Positions 26,313 through 38,957 of a stretch of 64,000 nucleotides of DNA are shown one piece after another. The stretch's first letter is position 1. Every line of letters starts with the position of its first letter. This stretch comes from Octopus vulgaris. Its lineage: Eukaryota. The translations under genes were made by a program, and so were the position numbers. Under the pieces are notes generated by a model. That model was not told the DNA's origin, searched no databases, and worked only from the letters and a program-made list of their open reading frames with translations. The stretch covers positions 55,118,001-55,182,000 of the forward strand of contig OX597815.1 in assembly GCA_951406725.2 (NCBI GenBank), given 5' to 3'.

Positions 26313-27059
26313 CATCATCATCATCTTCATCATCACCATCACCATCATCACCATCATTATTTTTATTATTATCTAAAGCAGTTTGATTCGGCTCCATACG
26401 ACTAAAATTTTCACGAGCTTCTAACAGAAACCCGTCTCTTTCAGGCTTGGGTAACCGAATGAAAAGACGTGGGAAGTCCAAGATAGCTACTGGAAAATGA
26501 CCTGCTATTGGTGCTAAATCGTAGATCGTTCACCGACAATACCATGTGATCTGCCTTGACAACTAGCAGCCCGTTTTCTAGTAGTCATCATGGACTTCTT
26601 ATGCCTCTTCATTTGGTAACTTATGCCGCAGAGTTGGGTTTCTGTTTGAAGCTCGCATGGAGACGAATCAAACTGTTTTAAATAACAGTACACGTAACTC
26701 CTACTAACTGCGTTCGGTGCCTTTTATTTTCGTTTGTCCATTCACTTGTGTATATATGTGTGTGTGCATGTATTTATGCATGTTTGTACGCCCGCGCATT
26801 AGGATGGAAAGACGAGGATAAGAAAGAAACAAATGCTTCTTCAGTTTTAACTGATATATTTAATCAAGATAGTATTTCCCATCATTATTAATAGCATAAT
26901 CCAATCTATTTGGGAAATAACTGATTCCCTAGGGCGTGAAAGTTTTTAGTTTCCGAAGCAAAAATATATTCAATATCATTTTTTAAATAAACTGCTATGA
27001 TCTGCAAAAGATGATAGTCAGATGGAATAAGGTCAGGAAAGTAAAGCGGATGAACACTT

Positions 27060-28275
27060 TTGTCGTAAAATATAAATTCACTTGCGCATCAAAAAATTTA
27101 CTTTATGCCATTAGGTGTGAAAGGTATCATAAAGACTACATAGGGCAAACTAGTCTTACCCTCAGAGATAGGATGACAGTCCACCGCCAACAACAGAGGG
27201 ATCCCACCACAAGACAGATACCACTTAGATCTCTTTGCACAAAATAATTCCCCCAAATTCCTAGTTTTCCCACTGTACCAGTGCCCAGACAGCACCACTG
27301 ACCAAACACAGATAAATAAGGAAAATATCCTTACTCACAAATACAGACCACAACTCAAAAAATATACTTGGACTGCCGACACATAAACACAATACCCCTA
27401 CCCCACAGGTACACATGCACAACAAGCGCTCACAGAAACACACAAACAAAAACAATCTAACCCCGACCACACACACACGCGTGCGCGCGTGCACGCACAA
27501 ACACAATATCCCCACTCTCGAGCACAAACACACGCACACATTCCAGGAAAAAACACACACATATACACATGCAATACGATTTTCCCCTTATTAAGTAACA
27601 GAACCAACACACCCTGGCTTTTATTAACAGTAAGATAATTATATATCCGTGCAACTCTATTTCTAGCCTTTCTTCCTTCTCCTGTCTTTCCTTCTCTTTT
27701 TACCTCTCTGTCCCTCTCCTCTGCCTGCTGCTGACATGTGACCTGTGACCAGCCTTTCTTTCTCTGCCTCTTTTACACTGGTTGCATAGCTGACCGGTCC
27801 TAAATTCTCTGTGTCCCACTGGTACACGTCTTGCTTTTTTGTTGCCTTAATCCTTTAGGATTGCCCTTTAAGCGTTACCCACCATTTGTGTACTTTTAGC
27901 CCTGAGGCTGTATTCTGTTCGTTTCTTTTTTTTTTCGTCTTTGTCCTTTGTCCATCACTTTAAATTACATTTATTCACTTTCGTATGTCCACTTCTGTAT
28001 CTCTTATTATCTTAGTATCTCTTATTGCTCTTGGCTCTGTATTCTCCACAACTTTCGCAGGCACCGCCAGCATAGGAAGCATCTCAGTTTTATCATTAAT
28101 GATACCATTTGGTTAATAACTGATGAAGAACTAAGGACCTTCTCTATCTTGTCTTCTGTCCGTTTGTGCACTCAGTATATATTGTACGCTTTTTACTTTC
28201 GTTTGTGTATTTCTTATACATTTTTCCCCTGATTAAGTAACGGAAGGCAATGCACCCTGGCTTTTATTAACAGAT
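27060..28275 (+). mobile_element. Penelope-like element 3' fragment (GIY-YIG endonuclease plus pseudo-LTR)
   Basis: FTCASKNLLYAIRC..DYIGQTSLTLRDRMTVH is a GIY-YIG motif. Direct repeat TTTTCCCC..ATTAAGTAAC..CACCCTGGCTTTTATTAACAG at ~27580 and ~28222. Confidence 0.75.
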
Positions 28276-29035
28276 GGAAGATAAGAGAATTTTTATTAAA
28301 CACAACAATTGTTTCAACACATCTGGCATTAATCCCTCACGGGTGAGATACTTAACAACTGGTTCAGGAGCATCTGACGGTACAGTGTGTCTCTTTGGGT
28401 GATAGATACAACTCATTAAAATAACAGTTTTCGTGTAAAGAAAAGCAGCAAAACAAAGGATATATTTTCATTTTTATAGGTCAAAAATAAAATGATAGAT
28501 GCAAAAAAGGGACATGCAATATTTAACATGTTACAGAAAGTGGGTAAACTGAGGTACAGTCTAGTTTATTAAGTTTTTTTTTCTTTCATAGCTGCCATTA
28601 GATGGCAGAATCAGACAACCAACATATTTAGATGACACCCATTGGAGACCTTAATTATTTACTAATCATTTTGTATCTCTAGTTATGATTCTTAATTCTA
28701 CATTGCTTGTTAAGAATAAAGAACAGACAGCAATACTTTCTGAGGAAAAGAATTTCATGCAATATTTTGTGTAATATAAACTTCTCATCTATTCCAGAAA
28801 GAGTAGTTAAATACCCATTCAGTGGACTATTTAGATTGGGAAAGGATTTGTTAAATAAAGTCTACAAAGGTCAATAATAATCAATATGTGGAAGTCTTTT
28901 TTACATAACCCTGGTTCTTTTCTCTTTTTTCTTTATCGTCTTTTCTCTCAAAATATACCTCTGTTTCTATTTCTCACCTACTTCATCCAATATTTCCCAT
29001 TATATTTCTATTATTTTTTTTTATAATATGAATAG

Positions 29036-29208
29036 GTCTTCCAGAAGAAGCCAGAGCGAAATTAAAAGCTGCTCGCATTACAGTTGAGTATGTAAAAGAT
29101 GGCGACTCTTGGAAAATCATAACCACATCCGGTAGCCATTCGAAGACCAGTGTTCTTCAAATTGGTGTCCCTTATCAGTCTACAGATTTATTAGGCCGCA
29201 AGTTCACG
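29036..29208 (+). CDS. FABP: FABP gene A, exon 2 (GLPEEARAKLKAARITVEYVKDGDSWKIITTSGSHSKTSVLQIGVPYQSTDLLGRKFT)
   Basis: AG/GTAAG splice sites; 173 nt (typical FABP exon-2 size); phase 1 to 0; open frame with FABP-like (F/L)xxGxxY..D.xGRK. Confidence 0.92.
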
Positions 29209-30145
29209 GTAAGACAACTTTCCATTTTCAAATAACGATTACAATTTGAAAAAAAAAACGTCTGACGGCATGGATGATTATGAGGACATAATAATAGATA
29301 AAAAAACAATCGAGATAATTGTTACTGAACTGCACTGGATCTGTAATCAAATCGCTTAACTTTGAATGACTCAGTTCACTGAGTAGAAAGTAGGAGCAAT
29401 CTGTCGCTGAAGGTTCAGGCAAAAGTAACACTTGTTCCCTGTGTCGGCAGCGTTGGTTTCAAATGCTCTTGCGTCGTGTGGTCAACTGTCTCGACTAAAT
29501 CATGGCTTTTGGTTTCTGAAAGTTTATTTATGACTCTACATAAATGTCTTATTTTAACTAAATTTACTGAGGTTAATTACTTGGAAATATCGTCCTCATT
29601 AAAAACAATAGTAAAAGTATCATAAGTATATTTAATGCAGTAAGCACCAAATAGTTAATTTAAAATAATTATTAGCTAAATATCATTTTAATAATTTCGG
29701 CACGTATAGGTGATAATACTGGACAGATCTCAGTCTTAGTAATCCAAGATTGGACGTGATTAGGGGTGAGAGGATTACTAATGTTGGTGTACAACAATGT
29801 ACTTGATTAGTCATGCAAATTGTTGTATGTAAAAAGGAATGTAATATTGAGATGTTTATGCATCTCCCAGTAGCATTAACTTACAGCAGCCAATCTAATG
29901 ATGTCTTTTTAAACATAGACACATGGCCACACATTTGAAGTGGGAATATAATCGATTTTGAAAGCGCTCAGTACCTGGCTGCAATTTATTTTATCGACTC
30001 AGATGTATGAAAATTGACACTAGGTGCTGTGTAAATACTGTTCAGACTTACATGTAATAGGTTGTTAACAAACAGACAAAAAAGTGACATACATACATAC
30101 ATAGATACATACATACATACATACATGCATACATACATACATACT

Positions 30146-32102
30146 TTTAAACGAGAACGTCAACTCAGAGATATTGCTTGGGCTGAATTCAAAAATCTGG
30201 ATTCGACTGCAGCTTTTGAGGTGTACAAAACTCAACGAGACCGAGCCGTGAAAATTGAAAAGAAAGAACGCTTCAGTTACGAATACAAAATCGCGGCAAA
30301 TGCCAGTAGCAATCCAAAAACCTTCTTTGCCCATGTCCAGCGGAATTCCCGCTTGAACAACCAGATTGCAACGTTGGTAGACTCAACAGGCGTATCGATT
30401 GAGGACCCTTATCAACAGAGTCAATTATTTGCCGAGGCTTTTTCAACTATATTCAAACAAGATGATGGTCGTGAACCCCCTCCATTTGATAGATCGGTAC
30501 CTCCAATGCTTCGATTGGTCATCACGCGGGACGAAGTCAAACGTGTTATTCAAGGCCTCGATGTCAACAAAGGTCACGGCCCTGACGGCATACACCCATG
30601 GGTTATCAAAGCGTTGGCTCCAGTCATCTGCGAGCCCTTAACACGACTATTCAATATGTCATTGGCGACGGGTGTTATACCTGCAGACTGGAGAACAGCG
30701 ATAATCTGCCCAATTTTCAAGAAAGGGAGCCGCGAAGACCCGCTTAACTACCGACCGGTTTCCCTTACATCAATTATCAGCAAGATGTTCGAAACCATCC
30801 TTAAGAAAAGTATGATGCTCCACCTCCTAAACACAGCCTCTATCTCTGATTCCCAACACGGCTTTGTGCCGAAGAGATCATGCTTGACCAACCTACTAGT
30901 AATGGAAGAATTGGTGACGCGCATCCTCGATGATAGTGATGCTGTTGACATCGTTTTACTGAACTTTGCCAAAGCTTTTGACTCGGTAAACCACCGCCTA
31001 TTGCTTGTCAAGCTTCAAGCATATAGTTTCCATCCGAATATTGTACGATGGGTTGGTGCCTTCCTCTCAGATCGCTCCTTCCAAGTCCAAGTTAATGGTT
31101 TGCGGTCCGACGTCTCCAGTGCGAGCAGTGGCGTGCCTCAAGGTTCAGTGCTTGGGCCCTTGTTGTTCTTAGTCTTCATAAATGACTTGCCCGACGACCT
31201 CACGCAACACACCCTTCTATTTGCCGACGATATCAAACTGGTCGCTCCTCGCGGTAATATAGAGGATCTTCGTCGATGCCTCCACCAAATTTGGAAGTGG
31301 TCTAACAATTGGGACCTGTGTCTGAACGTGTCAAAGTGCTGTCATCTGCCTGTTGGCTCTACTCCTGCAACTCAACTTGATTTCGAGCCGGGTTGTCTGC
31401 TGCTGGAGAGGACCGATCAGGTAAAGGACCTAGGTATCTTGGTGGATTCCTCCTTTTCACCTTCGGCCCAGTGCGTCCATGCTGCCAACAAAGCACGCGG
31501 AATTCTGTTCTTGATTCGACGGTCATTCGGAATGCTCACAGCAGCCATATTCCTACCACTCTATGTCACGCTGGTGAGACCCATATTGGAGTATGGGATT
31601 CAAGCCTCTTCTCCTTATCTCCTCAAAGACATACAGCATCTCGAAAGAGTCCAGAAGCTGGCTACCCGCATGGTTCATGGTCTCAAAAATTTGTCCTACG
31701 AAGAAAGGCTGAGGACGCTCGACCTTTATTCTCTTGAAAAACGCTGCCACCGTGGTGATCTCATTCTCGCCCACAACATCATAAGCGGAAAGTGTAACCT
31801 CTCGAAAGAGCTGTTCTTCACTCCTGCTCCAGAGTATCGGCTGCGGGGTCATTCCGAAAAGCTCTACCTGCGACGATTTCATCTCAATCGAAGGAGAGGA
31901 GCTTTCTCCGTCCGGGTTGCGGATCCGTGGAACAAGCTGCCAGACGAGATGGTGAAGATGCCGATGACCGCTTTGTTCAAAGCCTCCCTTGACCTCAAGT
32001 GGCCTGAACTCTTTACATGATCACCACCCTGTACTTAACTCCATGTCCCCCTACATGGTCTTGCTATTTGCTTTTGAGCCAAATTAACTAACTAACTAAC
32101 TA
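30146..32102 (+). mobile_element. 5'-truncated CR1-clade LINE with an uninterrupted RT ORF, in FABP-A intron 2
   Basis: ORF open to 32020 with KGHGPDGI, NYRPVSLTS, QHGF, KAFDSV, GVPQGSVLGP, LFADD, LERVQ and LRGH. (AACT)n tail. 15-bp TSD ACATACATACATACT (30131-30145 / 32103-32117). Confidence 0.93.
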
Positions 32103-33081
32103 ACATACATACATACTCACACACATACACACACATGAATGTATGTATGTATGTATGTATGTATGTATGTATGTATGTATGTATGTATAAACCAAACCCT
32201 GGAATATGCCAGAATGTTTGTTGGTCAGAGAGAACTTCCTTCAGCTGCTATGATGATCCAGCAGGACTTGGCTGAACCCATCTGTGAGCAATTTTGTAAA
32301 AACTTTCTTGTAGAAATCTTTGCAAATATCAAGAATAACAAAAGATTCCTACCTCTGAAGTTTACAATAGTCAGAAATCATTAGTGTGTGTAATTAAAAA
32401 GCAGATTTCCACTTGTTTGGGCTTTCATATGACTTCAGTAGGTAAAAGGTCATTGGGAATATTTCTATCCGTCATTTTACTAGGTCATTTTGTTTAATTG
32501 TATGACAATCTTCATCTTTCAGACCGAAGAACAAAGAAGCTTTTAGCCATGATTATCCTGTTTTTTTAAAAAATTTTTTTCGAATTGTTTTACTTTTGGT
32601 TTTTATCTAGATCTTCATTATTGCTTGTATTCTTTCTACCTTAAAGTGAGTAGCGTGTGTTTTGAGAGACTTTGGGCTGTTATTTCTCGAAAGGCAACGA
32701 CTGCATAGAAGCGTCCTAATTGTATCATTTGCTCTGCTGGATGTGAACAACTGGTGATGATAGCATTTATGAACTTGTATCTCCTATTGTTGTTTTAGAT
32801 ATAGTTGTTGTCATTGTTATTGAGCCCCAGGTAAGTCCTGTAGACCTACAATAAAATGCATTCCAACCATGACCGTTCTATTTTAGGGAATACATTATTA
32901 TTTTTTAAGACTATATAGTACAATTTTAGGGAAGTTTGGCTGCTATTTCTACCAAGTCGAATGACCACATAAGCTCCTTTGGTAGTTTGCCTTTGTTACT
33001 GCTGTTATTACACAATACCCAAATGATATTACCGTCGTTGCTCACTGTTTTCAAACTATTAACTTCTCTTGCAAATTGCAG

Positions 33082-33189
33082 AATGTTGTGACTATGGACG
33101 GTCCGAATAAGATGAAGCAAACATGTACAGAATGGGCTGAATCTACCATTGAAACAGAGTCTGTTTTATCTGGTGACACTATTACTCTG
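33082..33189 (+). CDS. FABP: FABP gene A, exon 3 (NVVTMDGPNKMKQTCTEWAESTIETESVLSGDTITL)
   Basis: TTGCAG acceptor and GTAAC donor; 108 nt, phase 0/0; matches FABP strands G-I. Confidence 0.9.
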
Positions 33190-33644
33190 GTAACTATATT
33201 TCCATATATTTTTCTTCACATTTGTTCGTGTTATATTTTTAACAATCCATGTTCTGCATACAAATGAGTAAAAGTGTCTTCGTATAGATGTCGTGTATCT
33301 AGAATAACTGAATCGGTCTCTCACAATCCAACATATAAATCTAGCACTGCAAAGTCAGTCAAAGAATTATTATTATACAATGTTGAAGTTGTTTCCACAC
33401 CTAGCTCCTTTTAACAACTAAGTAGTGACTAACATATTTAATGGCAATAAGAAAGGAAACATTAGAGGTACCCATGCAATGTGAAAAGGAAAACATTAAC
33501 TCAATAACTAACAATATTTTAATCACTTTGCAGTAACTGAAATGATTAAAACTATTTTCGTCATTGGTTAATCTTCAATTATCATATAGATGGCGTCTCC
33601 GAGTAATTAAGTCCAGTGGTATGTGTGTGTGTTTAATGTGTATA

Positions 33645-33980
33645 TGTTGGGAGAAGTTACAAGAATTGAAGCTCTACTCCCTGGAGAGAAGGCGAGAAAT
33701 GTATGCAGTGATATACAGAAGGTTGGCACCCAACTTTGGGATTAAAAACTATACCAACCACCAAACTGGTCGGCACTGCTTACTGCCAAAGATACCGTCT
33801 TCTTCATCTCAGATGAGGACCATGTATTGCAACAGCTTGGGTTTCAGGGGACCACAACTGTTTAACACTCTACCAAGGAACCTAAGAGATCTGCAAAGTG
33901 TATATGTGGAAACATTGAAAAGGCAGCTGGACAAATTTCTGTCTGGAATACCAGATGAGCCTACATCTGCAAATCATTGA
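33645..33980 (+). mobile_element. CR1-type LINE 3' fragment
   Basis: WEKLQELKLYSLERRRE..GPQLFNTLP..LDKFLSGIPDEP. Confidence 0.8.
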
Positions 33981-34106
33981 CAAGTGGAAATATTACAATC
34001 TGCAGAAAGCTGGAATGCAGTAACTCACATAGTCACTTGAATGCAAACATTTTCCCTAACATTGTATAAATCCTTAAAATCCTTAAAAATGTTTTAGCCC
34101 GAAGAA

Positions 34107-34212
34107 TGTTTACAGAACCTAGGTTTCCCAAGCGGTCACCCACCTAAGTACTAACTAGGCTCGATGTTGCTTAACTTTGGTGATCGGACGAGAACCGGTG
34201 CTTTCAACGTAG
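34107..34212 (-). pseudogene. 5S rRNA-derived pseudogene (5'-truncated) in FABP-A intron 3
   Basis: Minus strand reads ACGTTGAAAGCACCGGTTCTCGTCCGATCACCAAAGTTAAGCAACATCGAGCCTAGTTAGTACTTAGGTGGGTGACCGCTTGGGAAACCTAGGTTCTGTAAAC, the metazoan 5S body including the internal control region. Confidence 0.88.
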
Positions 34213-35464
34213 ATTTTAAGAAAAAGTTGTCTGATATGCAAGATAACATGTATAATGTTACATTGAAAAAATACCCCCCCTCTCTGCACTTATATAACCA
34301 CTGCTGCTTTTGATCCATGCTATTTCCGCTTAAACATACAAAGTACAACAGTGTCGTCCTAGCAAACCACAGGACTATATGAATCAAACTCATTAATTAG
34401 CTACTATTTATCTTTTCTAACTTGGAGGAATTGAGTCTAACCACCCTTGGTGATTTTGAATAGAGAATATAAGAGGGATTTCAGAAAATTTCGTAAGATA
34501 TTTCCACTACAAAAGCTAGGTTTTACACTAATCGACAATGTTATCTTGGCTACAAATATATCACAAAGAATATGAGTTAAAGTATGGCTTATATTTCAGT
34601 ACTGTACTGTTCACACATGCAAATATGTCTTAAAGAAATAGGAAATGTGATGTGATAGAACTATGCTCCTATTTGTAAAAAATTGTTTTTCACTTATCTT
34701 GAAGGTTCAAAATTACCACGTTTTGCTGATGATGTCTAATAGCACCGAAGCATGTCTTTAGATTTTCGCTATTCCTGCCAATAAATATCAAATTTTCCTT
34801 AAGCATAAAAATTATTTTCTGTGAACTAATTCATCTCCCTTATTCTTTATATATGTATGAATGAATGACAAAGAAAAAGAAGTCCACAACCACCATCATT
34901 AACTTAAGTTGTTTCTGCAATATGAAGCAGTGCATTCAAAGTTGAACATATACATGTGTGTGTGTGTGCGTGTGTGTGTGTGTGTGTGTGTTTGTGTGTG
35001 TGTGTGCATGTGTGTGTGAATGTGCATGTGTGCAACATGTGGAACGAAGAAAAAAAGTAAAACCTTCCTTTCATTTTTCCTCTCAAGTTTTCTCATAGAC
35101 CAACGTCTTGGTTTTCAAATAGGACTAACAGTATCAACTGAGCTTGACAGATTGCTTGGTGGCTCATGGCATGCTATAGAAATCTACCAAATTATTGTCT
35201 CTTTTTTTTTTATATATTCTGTGTATGTTGGTTTCAAATTTTGGCACACAGCCAGTAATTTCGTGAGAGGAGTTAAATCAATAATATTGTCCCCAGTGGT
35301 TCTTATTTTATTAACCTCAAAAGAAAGAAAGGTAAAGTTGACTTCAGCAGAATTTGAAGTTGGAGTTTAAAAACAGATGAAATGCTACTAAGCTAAAATT
35401 TATCTCTCACTGGATGAAGTACATTTTTCTTGTCAATCCTAACTATAACATATCTCTCTCTCTT

Positions 35465-35514
<50 letters not shown>

Positions 35515-35746
35515 ACTAAATGCTCACATACACACACACTCACATAGATACACTCACACACACAAACAAACAAATCTCAGGAGTGAGGCTTCATTCTGCT
35601 CTTTAAATTTTATACTCTTGGTTCACCCTGCAATCTTATAAAACTATAAACCCTCATGTACATACCTTTCATCCCACATTAATCTTCGTTAAGTTTTGAA
35701 TAATTGGATGTGTATCTTATTGATATTTGCTTCATTCTCTTTGCAG

Positions 35747-35797
35747 ACTTGCACCACCAAGGGAGTATCGACCACCTCTGTCTTCAAAAGAGCTTAA
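35747..35797 (+). CDS. FABP: FABP gene A, exon 4 (TCTTKGVSTTSVFKRA*)
   Basis: Polypyrimidine tract plus TTGCAG; 51 nt to TAA; FABP C-terminal strand pattern. Total CDS 76+173+108+51 = 408 nt = 135 aa. Confidence 0.9.
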   Translation, partial: TCTTKGVSTTSVFKRA

Positions 35798-36087
35798 AGT
35801 TCTGTCTGCTCCCATATTTCAATATCTGTATTTTTCTCAGTTATCCAGTATTTTAACGGTGGGAATTAGAGACTTTGTAATTAAACAGATCGATAAACAA
35901 GCAATCTAGTCTGCAGTCTAATTACTTATTTTCAGTTTTTGTATATTTTTTATACATGTTAACATTACCTAACTAGGGATAAACGTATTTTAGTGCATGT
36001 TACATATTACTATCTCTGTTTATATTCATTGGCATTGTCTCCAGTTCCTGCTGTGTTAAAATATAGGATAACCTCTTCTCTGTGAGA

Positions 36088-36093
36088 AATAAA
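36088..36093 (+). terminator. Putative poly(A) signal of FABP gene A
   Basis: AATAAA ~290 nt after the stop, followed by T/GT-rich sequence. Confidence 0.55.
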
Positions 36094-37074
36094 AAGAAAT
36101 TATCACTATTATATTATTTATTTTTAATTACTTTGTGTTTTTTTCTTTAACTTTACTAATATTCATCTCCTAAACAAAATTGAGAATTATATTTTCGTTT
36201 CAATATGGTAGGAAGCAGAGTCCCAAGTTTGACGAGTTATCAATGATAACTCGTCAAACTTGGGAAAGAACTGAAACATGTCACTGATAAAAAGTATGCA
36301 ATAAGTGAGCCTCTCTACTTGGCCACTCAAGCTGTTAGAAAGGGTGGCCAACTTGCTCTCAAATCATATCCTACAACTTCAAAAATGGAAGGAAACATTA
36401 AATAATGTTGCCACTATCTAAAAAAATCCCCTAGATGGTTCTGTCAGAAAGAAAATAAATATAAGGAAAGGTTTACAACTAATCGTTGGGAATCCCAAAT
36501 ATGAGAGAACTATTCCAGTATGCAACTGGTACTTAATTTATCGACCCTGAAATGCAGAGTAGAGGAGATAACTGATTACTGGAGTTGACATTCGTAATGG
36601 TCTCCGTTGGAACCTTGGCTATTCTCAGATATCACGCTGCTGATTTCCTCTGTGAAAGCAGTCTGTCTGAGGAATGAAGCCGTGAGGTTGTGTGACTGTT
36701 GTAGCAAGTGTCGCTGGCCATTCTCCGCAGCAATGCCTTTGCTATTATGTCATTGGGCTAAACACACTGTTCAGACTGGGGAGTATAGACTGTTACTCTC
36801 TCTCCTCCCCTTTCTTTTGTTGCTTAATTTCCCTGCTTTCTTTTTTTATTTCCTTCTTGAAAGAACTTTGGGTTTGTTGTTTTGGTGGTTGAATTCTGAT
36901 TTCACTTATATTTTTCTAAAGCGAATGATCGTGTTAATTTTTCGATTTTTTTTAAAATCAATTTACCTTTTCGTGCTCAAATAAAGGTATATCATTAATT
37001 ATGTAACTTCCTGAAACAACAAAATCAATTTTCATGCCTTTCTTAAAACACATTTTTACTTCGAATTAAAGACA

Positions 37075-37240
37075 TTACTTTGCAAGAGTTCTAGCACTGT
37101 CTTGAACTGTTGAAACGTGTCTGGACCGATGCATTGCTTCAAATGGAGAATACTTTGAAGGTGATAAATTGCAAACATGTAAAACTAAGTGAATAAAATA
37201 ATATTCCGAAATTCCGGTTTCTTTTGGGTACCCTCTCGTA
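37075..37240 (+). mobile_element. mariner 3' relic
   Basis: C-terminal LDRCIASNGEYFEGDK-like peptide followed by an ITR-like TTCCGGTTTCTTTTGGGTACCCTCTCGTA. Confidence 0.7.
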
Positions 37241-37541
37241 ATATTATAATTTAAAGGCTCAATATATTATCAATATATTCTTGGCTAGTTTGAAATTACG
37301 ATTCATGTATTGCAGTCATATAGAAAACATTACAAATGGTTCTGAATAAAGATTTCACAAGTCACTGCATTGGTTGACACCAATGCAGTGGACAGCAGGC
37401 ACCAAATTGCAGTGTTAAAACACTGGCAAATTAACTTTATCTTTTATCTTTCCTGTGGAGTCAGGTTTCATAGAATAAGTTTCAGGCAAGAACTGTAGTT
37501 GGTTAAGTAGACTGTATTTGCACGCAAAAATAATTTGCACT

Positions 37542-37547
37542 TTTATT
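37542..37547 (-). terminator. Putative poly(A) signal of FABP gene B
   Basis: AATAAA on the minus strand ~160 nt downstream of the TGA at 37709. Confidence 0.5.
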
Positions 37548-37708
37548 GCATTAAAGATCCTTGTTTCAAATGTATATAATATGAACACTTGTCAGTAATG
37601 AAGCTACATCATATTTTGCTTTCTAAATAGAAGTTCATTATAATTACAAGAAATAAGTATTTTTGTTAATTTACTAGGACATGTCCATCTCTTATTAATT
37701 TTCCAACA

Positions 37709-37762
37709 TCAGTGTAATTTTTTAAATGAGAATTTGCAGGTAACACCATTCACTGTTAGTGT
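37709..37762 (-). CDS. FABP: FABP gene B, exon 4 (TLTVNGVTCKFSFKKLH*)
   Basis: Strong acceptor TTTCTCCTTTCCTTTTTCAG; 54 nt to TGA; classic TxTxxGVTC-x-x-x-FKK end. Confidence 0.9.
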   Translation of the reverse strand, partial: TLTVNGVTCKFSFKKLH

Positions 37763-37965
37763 CTGAAAAAGGAAAGGAGAAACAGATTATTGTGTGTATA
37801 TGTGTATGTATGTACATATATATGTACATCTATACATACATAAATACCTAGGTACGTATATACATACATTACATACACAAATATATACGTAGATACATAG
37901 ATACAAACACACATACATACACACACATTCATACATATAGACATGTATTATATATATATGTATAC

Positions 37966-38010
<45 letters not shown>

Positions 38011-38071
38011 TAGATAGATAGATACATGCATGCATACATACATATGCATGTATACATTTGTATGTATATTT

Positions 38072-38112
<41 letters not shown>

Positions 38113-38214
38113 GAGTGATAGATGATGATGATGATATATACATGTATGCACACATATGTATTGAAAGATATACATATTTATATGCATGCATATATATATT
38201 TACATATACATATA

Positions 38215-38269
<55 letters not shown>

Positions 38270-38279
38270 TACACATATA

Positions 38280-38329
<50 letters not shown>

Positions 38330-38861
38330 CAATAAAAAAGGGTAGAATTAATTCATTATTAATTAATTCAACCGAGCAGCGTTCGGTATGTAAAACGACC
38401 AATTACAGTATATTTGAAAAATTTTAACTACAGTTTTGCCTCTGTAGGAATGCACTACTCTGTGACTCACGTGGGTGGACAGGGAGAATACTAGATCTCA
38501 TTTGTATTTTTGGATTCGCTGGTACTGGTGATCTGGCATGGTTTGTCCGGTGTTACCCATATCAGACGGGTATGTTTGATTTTTAGTACTTTCAAATCCA
38601 AATCAGAAGAAATCTCTGAGCTGATGAAGGAAATGTTGGCGTTTAGTCAACTAATCCAGAAACAGGCTTGTCCTCGGGTGATCTCATATGGATGAGATCT
38701 TTCGTTGTTTTTCCCTTATACCTATGTGAGTTATTTCTGAGTATGCATTGTCTGGGAGACTTTTCTTGCAGTAGAAGAAATAGCCAAATTTTTGGCTGCT
38801 ATTTCTAAAAAGCTCGGTATGTGGTAAAGTAAATTATTTTACTTTACCCTATTTTTATAAA

Positions 38862-38957
<96 letters not shown>

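Noticed and set aside
30062-30145. N-terminus of the 652-aa ORF (MLTNRQKSDIHTY..)
   Set aside because: Upstream of the TSD, a non-ATG start reading through (ACAT)n; not part of the LINE protein
37756-38427. Low-complexity ORFs (YIYI, CVCV, THTH, MYVC) here and at ~10.0k, 12.8k, 40.3k, 58.4k and 61.0k
   Set aside because: Translations of microsatellites, not genes
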